Source: a virus
Taxonomy: Duplodnaviria; Caudoviricetes
DNA length: 62,058 nucleotides
Virus record (IMG/VR): IMGVR_UViG_3300025127_000028
Span: 1-62,058 of that record
Direction: 5' to 3' (one strand)
The translations under genes were made by a program, and so were the position numbers. Shown one piece after another: positions 46,750 through 55,850 of the stretch. Positions within the stretch are counted from its first letter, which is position 1. Each line of letters starts with the position of its first letter. A model generated the notes under the pieces. It had not been told where the DNA came from. It saw only the letters and a program-made list of their open reading frames with translations, and ran no database searches.

Positions 46750-47342
46750 TTTTCATTCTCCAGTCCTAACTCAGCGTCAACATCCAGAGATTCACCATCA
46801 ATAACGATGGCATCTTGTATTTTTTCCTCTGGTGTACTGAGTTTTTGTAGTTTCTCCCGTAATTTAGCTCGTAAATCGTCGGTGGATTGATGCGTTATGG
46901 TCACTTCGGACTTCTCTGCAAACAATCCAACGTCAGATATCTTACCCAACAGCTCTAATGCGCGCATACGTACACGAGGATCTGGGTTTTCTGTCTCTAA
47001 CAGTAACTTGTTAGTCACAAGGTGGCGTATATGTAATGAACTTTTGACTACTGACTGCCCAAACTCCTGAAGAATATTGTTTGTAAGTATCAGAGAGGCG
47101 GGTGTCAGCGTTGCTATCTTTTTATCAGTAACCTTTTTGGAGGTAGCTTCAGGATCATCTGCATATGCTGTGACTAATTTAGCTGCGATATCCTTGTCTT
47201 CCTTGGTAGGTTCTACATCTAACCCATGGTCAGCAAGTTCCTTGGCAGTTTCACTAGCTGCATCTGTGCGTTGGCTTAGATCTACGAATGGGGACTCGTC
47301 AGGAATCGCCACGCCTAGTTCAGGTTCTACCAATATACTCAT
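46746..47342 (-). CDS. Probable terminase small subunit (198 aa)
   Basis: First gene of the arm; RALELLGK..VGLF.E motif. Confidence 0.6.
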   Translation of the reverse strand: MSILVEPELGVAIPDESPFVDLSQRTDAASETAKELADHGLDVEPTKEDKDIAAKLVTAYADDPEATSKKVTDKKIATLTPASLILTNNILQEFGQSVVKSSLHIRHLVTNKLLLETENPDPRVRMRALELLGKISDVGLFAEKSEVTITHQSTDDLRAKLREKLQKLSTPEEKIQDAIVIDGESLDVDAELGLENEK

Positions 47343-47443
47343 ATCTTTTCGCAGGTTATTAACCGTAACGGGTGAGGGGGATTGCCGATTCAGACTATCT
47401 TTTGTTGACAGCGCAAGACGCCTGATCCCCTCACCCTTATCAA

Positions 47444-47472
47444 TCTATACACAATAATTATTTTTTATGCAA
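47444..47472 (-). promoter_or_regulatory. Sigma70-like promoter for the morphogenesis arm
   Basis: Minus strand TTGCAT-17-TATAGA with TG upstream of the -10. Confidence 0.55.
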
Positions 47473-47798
47473 GTAGGTTGGGACTCCTACCGGGGGGTGT
47501 TCCTGTGTGAGAGGGGGTGGGGGGTCCAAACTGAGAAAATACCGATTAGTTCGTGGAAATTAGTAATATATAGATGTGTATGTAACTAACAACACATAAC
47601 GGGTCATAGGGGGCGGGTGGGTCAACGATATGCCAGATTTAGCCATTACCTGCCATAGAACTAAATGTTAGTGTATACACTAACAAATAATAACACGTTT
47701 ACAATCTATCTATATCAAAACACGTTAGGATGTGCCATATTACAACCATCGAAGGGACATACCGTTCCTTCACTAGCGACATAAGAAAGGAATTCATT

Positions 47799-48323
47799 AT
47801 GTCTAATTTCGTAAACGCTAAGTTGGCTAGCGCAATCGCCAACGCAGTCTCAGCGACCACCAAGTCGCTACGTGCAACTCAAACAGCCATTGACTTGTTC
47901 GTGGCCGATGGTTGGAAGTCTACTGACTTGATCTCGCCGAAAGGCAAAGACAGCAAGTCTACTGCCAGCGAAGAAAAGTTCGCCGAACTCAACGCGGCAA
48001 TCGTTGCTGGCTTTACGGCCACCACTCAAAAGCTTTTGGAGACTAACACCAAAACGCTAACTGAGACCGGCAAGGCTAACAAGCGATACTGGCAACAGCA
48101 GATTGGCGCTAGACGCAACGACTTCAAGACTGCTCTATCCAAGCGTGAAGATGCGAAGAACGGCGGCGCTAATACCAAGCGGTCTGATGCGCAACGTATC
48201 GCCGACAATCTCAACGACTGCTCTAAGGTTATTGAGAATTCGGAAGGCATCAACGGCGTTGATCTGATCAAACTGGCCGAGGCGATCAAGACTGCCAAGT
48301 CTGTCTTACACGCTAAGTTCTAA
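47799..48323 (+). CDS. First early protein, hypothetical (174 aa)
   Basis: AGAAAGGA RBS before ATG 47799; followed by a terminator. Confidence 0.8.
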   Translation: MSNFVNAKLASAIANAVSATTKSLRATQTAIDLFVADGWKSTDLISPKGKDSKSTASEEKFAELNAAIVAGFTATTQKLLETNTKTLTETGKANKRYWQQQIGARRNDFKTALSKREDAKNGGANTKRSDAQRIADNLNDCSKVIENSEGINGVDLIKLAEAIKTAKSVLHAKF

Positions 48324-48330
48324 TCATACT

Positions 48331-48361
48331 AGGCAGGGATTTATTCCCTGCCTTTTCTTTT
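48331..48361 (+). terminator. Intrinsic terminator
   Basis: AGGCAGGGA-TTTAT-TCCCTGCCT then TTTCTTTT. Confidence 0.85.
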
Positions 48362-48378
48362 ACGAAAGGTAACAAGTT

Positions 48379-48558
48379 ATGACTGGTTTATATTTGAATG
48401 GTGAGCCGATGATCTGGATGTCGGTTACTGAAGATGAGTTTGGGGATCTGCGTTTTGTGGCATCGCCTGAGTTTAACGATTACTTAACTACAGTTTCGGT
48501 TGCGCATCAACATATGGTTGACCGCACTATACCGGCTGACTATTGGGAGAAAAGATAA
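48379..48558 (+). CDS. Small early protein (59 aa; not in the ORF track)
   Basis: GAAAGG RBS; MTGLYLNGEP..YWEKR; TAATG coupling to the next gene. Confidence 0.65.
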   Translation: MTGLYLNGEPMIWMSVTEDEFGDLRFVASPEFNDYLTTVSVAHQHMVDRTIPADYWEKR

Positions 48559-48734
48559 TGAAAGTTTGGGGATATATCATTGTGGTGTTTGGTATGCTGT
48601 TCTTTTTGGCTGGTGTATCAATAGAAGAAAACATACGCAGCCCATGGCCTTGGATATGGGTTGCTATTCACGTCATTTGGATAATGGTTTCGATGGCTGT
48701 TATGGGCATCGGATATCTAATGACAAGACGTTAA
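48558..48734 (+). CDS. Small two-TM early membrane protein (58 aa)
   Basis: GGGAG RBS; two hydrophobic helices. Confidence 0.65.
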   Translation: MKVWGYIIVVFGMLFFLAGVSIEENIRSPWPWIWVAIHVIWIMVSMAVMGIGYLMTRR

Positions 48735-48738
48735 GATC

Positions 48739-48768
48739 AGGCAGGGATTTATTTCCCTGCCTTTTTTT
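48739..48768 (+). terminator. Intrinsic terminator, near-duplicate of 48331
   Basis: AGGCAGGGA-TTTATT-TCCCTGCCT then a T run. Confidence 0.85.
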
Positions 48769-48881
48769 GTGCCTACGAAACCAGTTCTCGGAGTAGCGTT
48801 GAGCCATCACACGCATGATTACACGTTTATGTTAGTGACACACTAACACGTTGATACCAGTTCTCGGAGCCGCGTTGAGCC

Positions 48882-49240
48882 TAATGTTCTAATGTTCTTT
48901 ATAATGTTCCGTAATGTTCGTTTTTTTAGACCGCTTTGAGAACATTATGTTTTCGTGTCGGTTTGTGACAACGCATGATAAGCAATAGAGTTTCTTCCCT
49001 ATCAGCTTTTATCTATTCTTCTATTTTTATATAGTTTTATTTTTTAGTAGTGTAATGTTCGTTTTTTCAAATAATGCTTAGTCTTGTTAGTGACTCACTA
49101 ACACGTCAACACGAATGTTCTCATCTCTGAGAGGGCGCCGACGCGGATGTCCAAAACCCTCAAAAAACGAACAATAGAACATTCCTGTTTTTCCAATGCG
49201 TTACACGCCCCCACCACAGAACATTACAGAACATTACAGT
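48882..49240. other. Putative replication origin (iterons plus AT-rich tract)
   Basis: AATGTTC/GAACATT repeats in both orientations around a T-rich tract at about 49005-49050. Confidence 0.5.
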
Positions 49241-49282
49241 ACACTACACAGATACACACAATACAACACGTTTCCACATCAT

Positions 49283-49311
49283 TTGACATTGCTGATAATA
49301 TTTGCTATAAT
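49283..49311 (+). promoter_or_regulatory. Consensus sigma70 early promoter
   Basis: TTGACA-17-TATAAT with extended -10 TG. Confidence 0.9.
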
Positions 49312-49367
49312 ATAAGGACAGTCAGAGTTTGACTGTTTTACAACCTGTTGTCATGAAAGGACACATT

Positions 49368-49433
49368 ATGCAAAACGTAACCACAAACCAAAATGTTAGT
49401 GACACACTAACCACAGTTTACGGAATTCCGTAA
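49368..49433 (+). CDS. Possible 21-aa leader peptide
   Basis: GAAAGGA RBS; MQNVTTNQNVSDTLTTVYGIP. Confidence 0.4.
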   Translation: MQNVTTNQNVSDTLTTVYGIP

Positions 49434-49705
49434 AGAAAGAGAGAGACCAATGAAGAACTACGCACACATAAAAGACCCCAAGCAGCAGCGCATCGCCATG
49501 TTGCTTGACCACCTCAAGCATCTGGATGACCTCGGCTGGACACAGCCGTCACACTCATATGCAGAGGACATTGCTACAGCTGTAGCAGAGACCATCAAAG
49601 AACTGACCGCTCTCGGTCATGTTCACACAACACACTAAAACTTGTCACACAGGAGAACGACATGACACAGATTACCTCAACCGAAACTTTACGGAATTCC
49701 GTAAA
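49417..49705. repeat. Perfect 18-bp palindrome TTTACGGAATTCCGTAAA, 2 copies
   Basis: 49417-49434 and 49688-49705. Confidence 0.92.
49450..49638 (+). CDS. Hypothetical early protein (62 aa)
   Basis: Purine-rich RBS; downstream of the strong promoter. Confidence 0.65.
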   Translation: MKNYAHIKDPKQQRIAMLLDHLKHLDDLGWTQPSHSYAEDIATAVAETIKELTALGHVHTTH

Positions 49706-50582
49706 CCCTGCACCATCTACACCAAGCATTGGATCATCTGCCATGCTATGTGAGTTATCCATCTCAACATGGACAGGACGCAAGAAAGATCGCAAAGCAT
49801 CAGAAGATGTTACCGATGCAAACTTTGCGGCATCCGGTGTTGCCTCTGTACACAAGAAGCTACTCGCTGATTGCCAAGAACTTGTTGCAGTACAGAAGTT
49901 CACAGCTAACAGCCGCAACATGCACTACGCTATGACAATGCCGTGGTCTGACACAGGCTTGCGTCTTTTGCCAACGGCTCAATACTTCAAGTATCATCAA
50001 GCAATGACTGACATACAGAACGAGTATGACAGGCTTGTTAACACGTTTCTACAAGGTTACGAATGGGAGATCACCCAAGCATCCGCAAAGCTAGGTGACT
50101 TGTTCAATCGTGACGAGTATCCATCAATCGACAGCTTACGCAACAAGTTTGGGTTCCGCTTGTCGTATATTCCACTGCCTGACGCTGGTGATTTTCGTAT
50201 CGACATTGGCAATGAAGCAACGGAACAAGTCAAGGATCACTACCAATCCTACTACTCGACACAGCTAAACAACGCAATGAATGACGTGTGGCAACGCACC
50301 CACAAGGCGTTATCTGCTATGTCCGAGCGACTCGACTACACACCATCCGAGGACAAGAAAGTATTCCGCGACACGCTCGTGACCAACGTCCTTGACATGG
50401 TAGAACTTCTTAACGTGTGTAACGTATCGGGCGACAGCCAGATGAACGCGGCACGTATGAAACTTGAAGATGCACTACGCGGTGTCAATGCTGATGCACT
50501 GCGCGAGGATGCTCACCTGCGGTCAGAGACTAAGCGTACCGTGGATGAGGTCATCAAATCACTACCATCAATCGGCATGTAA
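49662..50582 (+). CDS. DUF3150-like protein (306 aa)
   Basis: LSISTWTGRKKD..MPWSDTGLRLLP; helical; upstream of the AAA/VWA pair (family assignment from memory). Confidence 0.55.
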   Translation: MTQITSTETLRNSVNPAPSTPSIGSSAMLCELSISTWTGRKKDRKASEDVTDANFAASGVASVHKKLLADCQELVAVQKFTANSRNMHYAMTMPWSDTGLRLLPTAQYFKYHQAMTDIQNEYDRLVNTFLQGYEWEITQASAKLGDLFNRDEYPSIDSLRNKFGFRLSYIPLPDAGDFRIDIGNEATEQVKDHYQSYYSTQLNNAMNDVWQRTHKALSAMSERLDYTPSEDKKVFRDTLVTNVLDMVELLNVCNVSGDSQMNAARMKLEDALRGVNADALREDAHLRSETKRTVDEVIKSLPSIGM

Positions 50583-50628
50583 CTTGTTAGTGACACACTA
50601 ACACAACTTAGAAAGAATGGAGTTTATT

Positions 50629-51723
50629 ATGAACACAGCAACAGCAATGTATGCACTGGGTCTTGACCAAGTAGCCAATGCTATTCTCAAGACAGGACAC
50701 AAACGCACCATGCTCATCCAAGGTGACATGGGTACTGGCAAGTCATCACTACTACCTGTGATCGGCAAAGAGAAGCCCGACCACATCTTGTGCTACTTCG
50801 ATTGCACGACCAAGGACTTGGGTGACATCACCATACCCAACATTGCCAAGATGGATGATGGCACAGGCTATGTGACGTATCTCACTAATGAAGAATTGGG
50901 TGCGCACAACCACACGCCTGTCGTCCTGATGATTGACGAGTTCGGCAAGTCCAACCCAGCAGTCAAGAACGCACTGTTACGTCTTATACTGGAGCGCAAG
51001 ATCGGTAGCTACACACTGCACCCTGACAGCATTATCTTTGCCACGACTAACAAAGGCTCTGAGGGTGTCGGTGACTTGCTACCACCACACGCACGTAATC
51101 GCATGACTGTAGTACAAACACGCAAACCCACTAACATGGAATGGATTGAATGGGGGATTAACAATGACATCGACCACACGTTACTTGGCTGGGCAAAAGA
51201 CAACCCGCAAATTTTCTACTCGTTTGAGGACATCAAAGACCCAGACGACAATCCATACATCTTCCATCCCAAGCAGAACAGAGCCGCGTTTGTTACACCA
51301 CGCTCGTTGGAGGCGGCAAGCGACATACTCAAAGTACGAGATGGATTAGATGACCAGACCACAACAGCTATGCTCATGGGTACTATCGGTGAGCGTGGCG
51401 CGATGGACTTGATGGCGTTTGTCAAGCTGGCTGACCAGCTACCGAGTGCCGAGTCTATCAAACAGGAACCCAAGACTGCCAAGATACCGACCAGTGCCGC
51501 AGGTGTGTGTATGATTGTGTATCGCACACTAGCATCTTTGGAGAGAGACTGGATTGATCCATGGATGGATTACCTTGTTCGCCTCGACAAAGAAGCACAG
51601 GGTATGTTTGCCAACGGAGTGCGCGCACCCAAGTATGCCAAGCAGTCACTTGTTATGACAAACAAGAAGTTCACACAATGGGCGATGGACAACAACTACA
51701 TGTTCGCGGCTGACAAGAAATAG
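50629..51723 (+). CDS. MoxR-like AAA+ ATPase
   Basis: GDMGTGKS Walker A, LMIDE Walker B, ATTN sensor, NR finger, TPRS. Confidence 0.88.
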   Translation: MNTATAMYALGLDQVANAILKTGHKRTMLIQGDMGTGKSSLLPVIGKEKPDHILCYFDCTTKDLGDITIPNIAKMDDGTGYVTYLTNEELGAHNHTPVVLMIDEFGKSNPAVKNALLRLILERKIGSYTLHPDSIIFATTNKGSEGVGDLLPPHARNRMTVVQTRKPTNMEWIEWGINNDIDHTLLGWAKDNPQIFYSFEDIKDPDDNPYIFHPKQNRAAFVTPRSLEAASDILKVRDGLDDQTTTAMLMGTIGERGAMDLMAFVKLADQLPSAESIKQEPKTAKIPTSAAGVCMIVYRTLASLERDWIDPWMDYLVRLDKEAQGMFANGVRAPKYAKQSLVMTNKKFTQWAMDNNYMFAADKK

Positions 51724-51784
51724 TTAGTGACTCACTAACATCTTATGGGGTGGGGCATGTGCCTCACCCAGAAAGGACAGACCA

Positions 51785-53011
51785 ATGCTTGCTATTGGAA
51801 AACAACTGACTACCGAGCAACGGCTCAACAAATGTGTCATCGACATCATGGGTCACCCCAAGTATGTCGCACTCGCTGGCATACTGATGATCGGTGAGAA
51901 GCGTATCTGCGACAGCACACAGACAGCGTATACCAACGGACGTGACGAGGTGTATGGGCGTGGGTTCGCGGATCAGTGCAACGATCCAGAGTTCCGCTAT
52001 CTCATACTGCATGAGTGCTATCACAAGCTGTATCAACATCTCAAGACTTGGAAGCACCTATGGGATGAGAACCCACAGCTTGCCAACATGGCGATGGACT
52101 TCGTTATCAACCTCAAGATTTCTGATGACAACAAGGACGGCTTCGCAACCATGACAGGCCCACTCACAGTAGGTTGTTATGATGAGAAGTATCGTGGTAT
52201 GGACACAGCCCAAGTATTCAATCTGCTCAAGCAAGACACAACGCCACAAGATGGTTCTAGTGCCGGGGACGGTAGCGGTAATGGTACGCAGGGTAACGCG
52301 TCACCACAAGGCTTCGACGAGCATGACTTCGAGGGCGCACAAGAACTATCTCCAGCCGAGCAACAGGAGCTAGCGCGAGACATTGACGAGGCAGTGCGTC
52401 AGGGTGCGTTGATCGCTGGCAAGATGGGGTCAGGTGGTGACCGTGACTTGCAGGACTTGCTTCAACCACAAGTCGATTGGCGTGAGGTCATGCGTGACTT
52501 CATCACCACCACATGCACAGGCAATGACTATTCAACATGGAAGCGACCCAACAGGCGTTACATTGGCATGGGTCACTATCTGCCGAGTGGTATCTCCGAG
52601 CGTGTTGACGAGTTGGTGATTGCCACTGACATGTCAGGGTCTATCGGTGACAGGGAAGTTAGTGTTGCACTAACAGAAATCAAATCAATCGCTGACACCA
52701 TACACCCAGAAGCAGTACGCCTATTGTATTGGGATACGAAAGTATGTCAGGACGAGAAGTACGACATGCACGAACTCGATACGATGGTGACATCAACCAG
52801 ACCCAAGGGTGGCGGTGGCACTTACGTTGAGTGTGTGCCAGCGTACATGACCGACAAGAACATCACACCACAAGCTGTTATCGTGATTACCGATGGCTAC
52901 GTTGGGTCGTGGGGTCAGTGGTCATGCCCAGTGTTGTGGGTCATCATCGACAACAAAAGTGCAAAGCCCGACTGTGGCATTACAGTCCACGTAAAATCAG
53001 GAGATATGTAA
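51785..53011 (+). CDS. DUF2201-type HExxH metallopeptidase plus VWA domain protein
   Basis: TAYTNG, ILHECYH, MIDAS DMSGS, GGGGT, ITDGY. Confidence 0.85.
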   Translation: MLAIGKQLTTEQRLNKCVIDIMGHPKYVALAGILMIGEKRICDSTQTAYTNGRDEVYGRGFADQCNDPEFRYLILHECYHKLYQHLKTWKHLWDENPQLANMAMDFVINLKISDDNKDGFATMTGPLTVGCYDEKYRGMDTAQVFNLLKQDTTPQDGSSAGDGSGNGTQGNASPQGFDEHDFEGAQELSPAEQQELARDIDEAVRQGALIAGKMGSGGDRDLQDLLQPQVDWREVMRDFITTTCTGNDYSTWKRPNRRYIGMGHYLPSGISERVDELVIATDMSGSIGDREVSVALTEIKSIADTIHPEAVRLLYWDTKVCQDEKYDMHELDTMVTSTRPKGGGGTYVECVPAYMTDKNITPQAVIVITDGYVGSWGQWSCPVLWVIIDNKSAKPDCGITVHVKSGDM

Positions 53012-53012
53012 G

Positions 53013-53489
53013 ATGGGATACCGTAGCGATGTAGTCATTGCAGTAGCAATGGGCAGTAAAGAAGATATGGATGAACTCATGTCTGTGTATGCACTCAACA
53101 TGTATGTGCAGAAAGAAGACCTCATACCATCATGGGAGATCGGTGAGTATGAGGACGCATGGGTTGCCATGTACACAGTAGAACAAGTTAAGTGGTATGA
53201 GGACTATGATGATGTCAAAGGGTTTGAAGCACTGCCCAAACTTGCTGAGACATTCTGGGCTGAACGCAACATGCCATACGCGTACAGATTTATACGTATT
53301 GGAGAGGAGGACAACGACATACAGATCTCATGCAACGAGAGTGACTGTGGTGGTCAGGATGACGTGCAGGGTAGCCGCTTGGCTGACACGCTTGCTGACG
53401 CACTATACATATCAAGACAGATCAACAACGAAGTAGAGTTTGCTAACGACAATGTTAGTGACTCACTAACACAGAAGGGAACAGACTAA
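53013..53489 (+). CDS. Acidic hypothetical protein (158 aa)
   Basis: MGYRSDV..KWY..FIRIGEE.ND motif. Confidence 0.75.
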   Translation: MGYRSDVVIAVAMGSKEDMDELMSVYALNMYVQKEDLIPSWEIGEYEDAWVAMYTVEQVKWYEDYDDVKGFEALPKLAETFWAERNMPYAYRFIRIGEEDNDIQISCNESDCGGQDDVQGSRLADTLADALYISRQINNEVEFANDNVSDSLTQKGTD

Positions 53490-54469
53490 TGGCTATGTCA
53501 TACGAAAGAATATCATCATTCGCAGAGGTAGAGGCTATCTACAATAACACCAAACCTATGCGTGGTAGAAACAAGGGTAAGGATGTACGCCCGATCGCTG
53601 ACAGGTCGCGTGACCATGAGCGTGTAAAGAAGATATCATCCAACTGCTATCTGTTGATGAACGGTGGCTACTATGATGACGTGTTCAAGTGGTATTTCTA
53701 CCATGGAAGTGGAAGAAACGCTCCTAATCCGACACAAGCAGAAATGGTGGCACTAGCACCGATCTGTTGGAAGCGTCACAAGGATGGCACTGAGACTATC
53801 ACCATACGCAACGGCATTGGCAACGGTGCGCATGTGAGTCACTACTCGTTTCTTGAGAGGATGTTACCACGCACCATGAGGTTCATCATACAGAACGGCA
53901 AGCAGTACGTGTCTGCAAACAGTGGGCAACATTACCTACCCAAATGTATGTATGTGCCGCGTCATGTGTATGAAGTTGATGCAATTCGCAGTCGTTGGAA
54001 CTCATGGATGCGAGTAACGGATGATGGTTCGTCACTGACATTCTTCCGTGATGGTGACAGGTTCACGTTGGCTAGTAGCGAGCGCGATGCACCCAAGCCG
54101 CCACGTATCTTGGTCAACAAGAAGCAGAAGGCCAAGTACAAGGATGCCATGACAGGTTACCTTGAGTGGATCAGTGCCATGGCTCCGATGTTGCAGGTCG
54201 ATGATTGGCAGTATCGCAGTGGTATGGCTAGGCAGATACGTGAGTTTCACAACGAGAGTGGATACTACCACAAGATACCGCCCAAGCTAATGCGTGACAT
54301 TGTTATGAAACAGAACCATCCGCTACGTCTAGCCATGGCTGTTGACTTTGTGTCAAATTATGGTACGATACGTGACATTCAGTCACAAGCTGATGTAAAA
54401 CAAGTTAGGACAGAGTTCAATCGGTGGATCAACAAGCACTGTGGTTTCACCAAGACAGTGAAAGGATAA
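53489..54469 (+). CDS. Hypothetical protein (326 aa)
   Basis: Long coupled ORF. Confidence 0.75.
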   Translation: MAMSYERISSFAEVEAIYNNTKPMRGRNKGKDVRPIADRSRDHERVKKISSNCYLLMNGGYYDDVFKWYFYHGSGRNAPNPTQAEMVALAPICWKRHKDGTETITIRNGIGNGAHVSHYSFLERMLPRTMRFIIQNGKQYVSANSGQHYLPKCMYVPRHVYEVDAIRSRWNSWMRVTDDGSSLTFFRDGDRFTLASSERDAPKPPRILVNKKQKAKYKDAMTGYLEWISAMAPMLQVDDWQYRSGMARQIREFHNESGYYHKIPPKLMRDIVMKQNHPLRLAMAVDFVSNYGTIRDIQSQADVKQVRTEFNRWINKHCGFTKTVKG

Positions 54470-54473
54470 GAAG

Positions 54474-55334
54474 ATGGGTTTAGATTTCAATGATGTAATG
54501 GTTGCTGACTTAGAAAAGACAGATGAAACTGGGATGCCTAGCAACCTATGTTTGTTCAAGACAAAGGTGAGCGAGGCGTTCCGTGGTGTGTCGTTTGCAA
54601 AGATGGGGGGTAATCGGCTTTGGGTGTATTACCCTGACGAGCCGTACCCCATGGGGTATATCGGGTATGGTGACTTTCGCACTGAGGTTGTTGGTGACGA
54701 TCAGTACATGGTGGGTTCGCGCACCATAACCAACGACAAGTATGGCAGTTACCAAGACCAGCACAACATGAAGATGACTGTCAATTTGGAGACGGCCATA
54801 CGCAACGCTAAACGTTTTCTCCGTAACTTCTCACCACAAGAGATGGCAAGGTCTAAGTTGAACACGGTGTGTAATCAGTCACAGGACAGTCTGGGCAACG
54901 CTAGCACAGAGTATCGTAACAAGATGCGTGAGTTGTTTGACCATGAGAGCAGTCGGTCTAACAAGATGCTGACCGAGTTGCGTAACCTTGTGGACACAGG
55001 CCATGAGTTTGTCGATGCGGCGTTTGGCTCTGAACTACATGCCATGTTTGAGTTACTGGACAACCAGAAAGAACTAAAGGACAAGCCCATACACATGTAC
55101 TTTGTCCGTGTGTTTGAGAAGTTCGGCAAGCAGACATTCGATGTGGGTACGGTAGATAACGTGCAGAAGGGGCGTTGGCATGCTGAACTGAGCAATGAGT
55201 TCAAGAGGTACACTGACGACTTACCAGAAGAAATCATGGGCAAGCTATCGGTGCTGACCATGGTGGAAAATGACAGCTACGTTGACGATGTGGGTTACCG
55301 CGCCGCAGAGGGGATGTTCTATGTCGTTAGATAA
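54474..55334 (+). CDS. Hypothetical protein (286 aa)
   Basis: GAAAGGA RBS; C-terminal DDLPEEIMGKLSVL. Confidence 0.75.
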   Translation: MGLDFNDVMVADLEKTDETGMPSNLCLFKTKVSEAFRGVSFAKMGGNRLWVYYPDEPYPMGYIGYGDFRTEVVGDDQYMVGSRTITNDKYGSYQDQHNMKMTVNLETAIRNAKRFLRNFSPQEMARSKLNTVCNQSQDSLGNASTEYRNKMRELFDHESSRSNKMLTELRNLVDTGHEFVDAAFGSELHAMFELLDNQKELKDKPIHMYFVRVFEKFGKQTFDVGTVDNVQKGRWHAELSNEFKRYTDDLPEEIMGKLSVLTMVENDSYVDDVGYRAAEGMFYVVR

Positions 55335-55788
55335 TGACACGTTATACCGTGTTTCGTTAGACCCTATCAAGAATACCGTCCAAATATCATGTATTGGTAT
55401 GGATAGGGTTGACAACTCATTGGATGACACTTACCTTAGTGTAGATGACTTACCACAGTGGGTGCAGGAGAGGATCGCGTTGTTGATGATGACCGATCCT
55501 ACCCCACCCACAGTAGATGTAGAAGGTGTTGGACGCAGAATAGATCAGTACACCTTCTGGATATGTGACAAGAAAGGTTGGGAGATGAACTTTTGTATTG
55601 CTCGTTATAACAACGGTCAGGATGATTATGACTGGTCTTTGAGCAAATACGGTTATCCTGATGGTGCATACCACCAGATGAATCCCAATAAGCCGCTTGT
55701 AGAGGTTAGAAGAAAAAGACTGCGTAGGCAAAGGGTAAGAGATTTGCAAGCAATGATGCATAAACATGTTAGTGACTCACTAACATAA
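55321..55788 (+). CDS. Hypothetical protein (155 aa)
   Basis: GAGGGG RBS before ATG 55321; DDLPQWVQERIALL resembles the C-terminus of the preceding gene. Confidence 0.7.
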   Translation: MSLDNDTLYRVSLDPIKNTVQISCIGMDRVDNSLDDTYLSVDDLPQWVQERIALLMMTDPTPPTVDVEGVGRRIDQYTFWICDKKGWEMNFCIARYNNGQDDYDWSLSKYGYPDGAYHQMNPNKPLVEVRRKRLRRQRVRDLQAMMHKHVSDSLT

Positions 55789-55850
55789 ATGAAGACGAGG
55801 GGTGGATCAAACCACCTCTCGTTGATGCCAGTTCCAACGGAGATAAACAC

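Noticed and set aside
5293-47342. Numerous + strand ORFs opposite the structural genes, and - strand ORFs in the early arm
   Set aside because: They are antisense shadows of long coding genes, without RBSs or recognisable motifs
48780-48881. CRISPR mini-array with the Cas4-like gene at 59881
   Set aside because: Only two imperfect repeats, the spacer is a regulatory palindrome, and there are no other cas genes; Cas4-like exonucleases are routine in phage replication modules
48882-49240. Alphaproteobacterial LexA boxes (GTTC-N7-GTTC)
   Set aside because: GTTC/GAAC start-to-start spacings are 8, 10 and 12 nt, not the required 11
47693-49272. ACACGTT heptamer, five copies in the control region
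   Set aside because: Too short, partly overlaps palindrome flanks, and enrichment cannot be shown without computation
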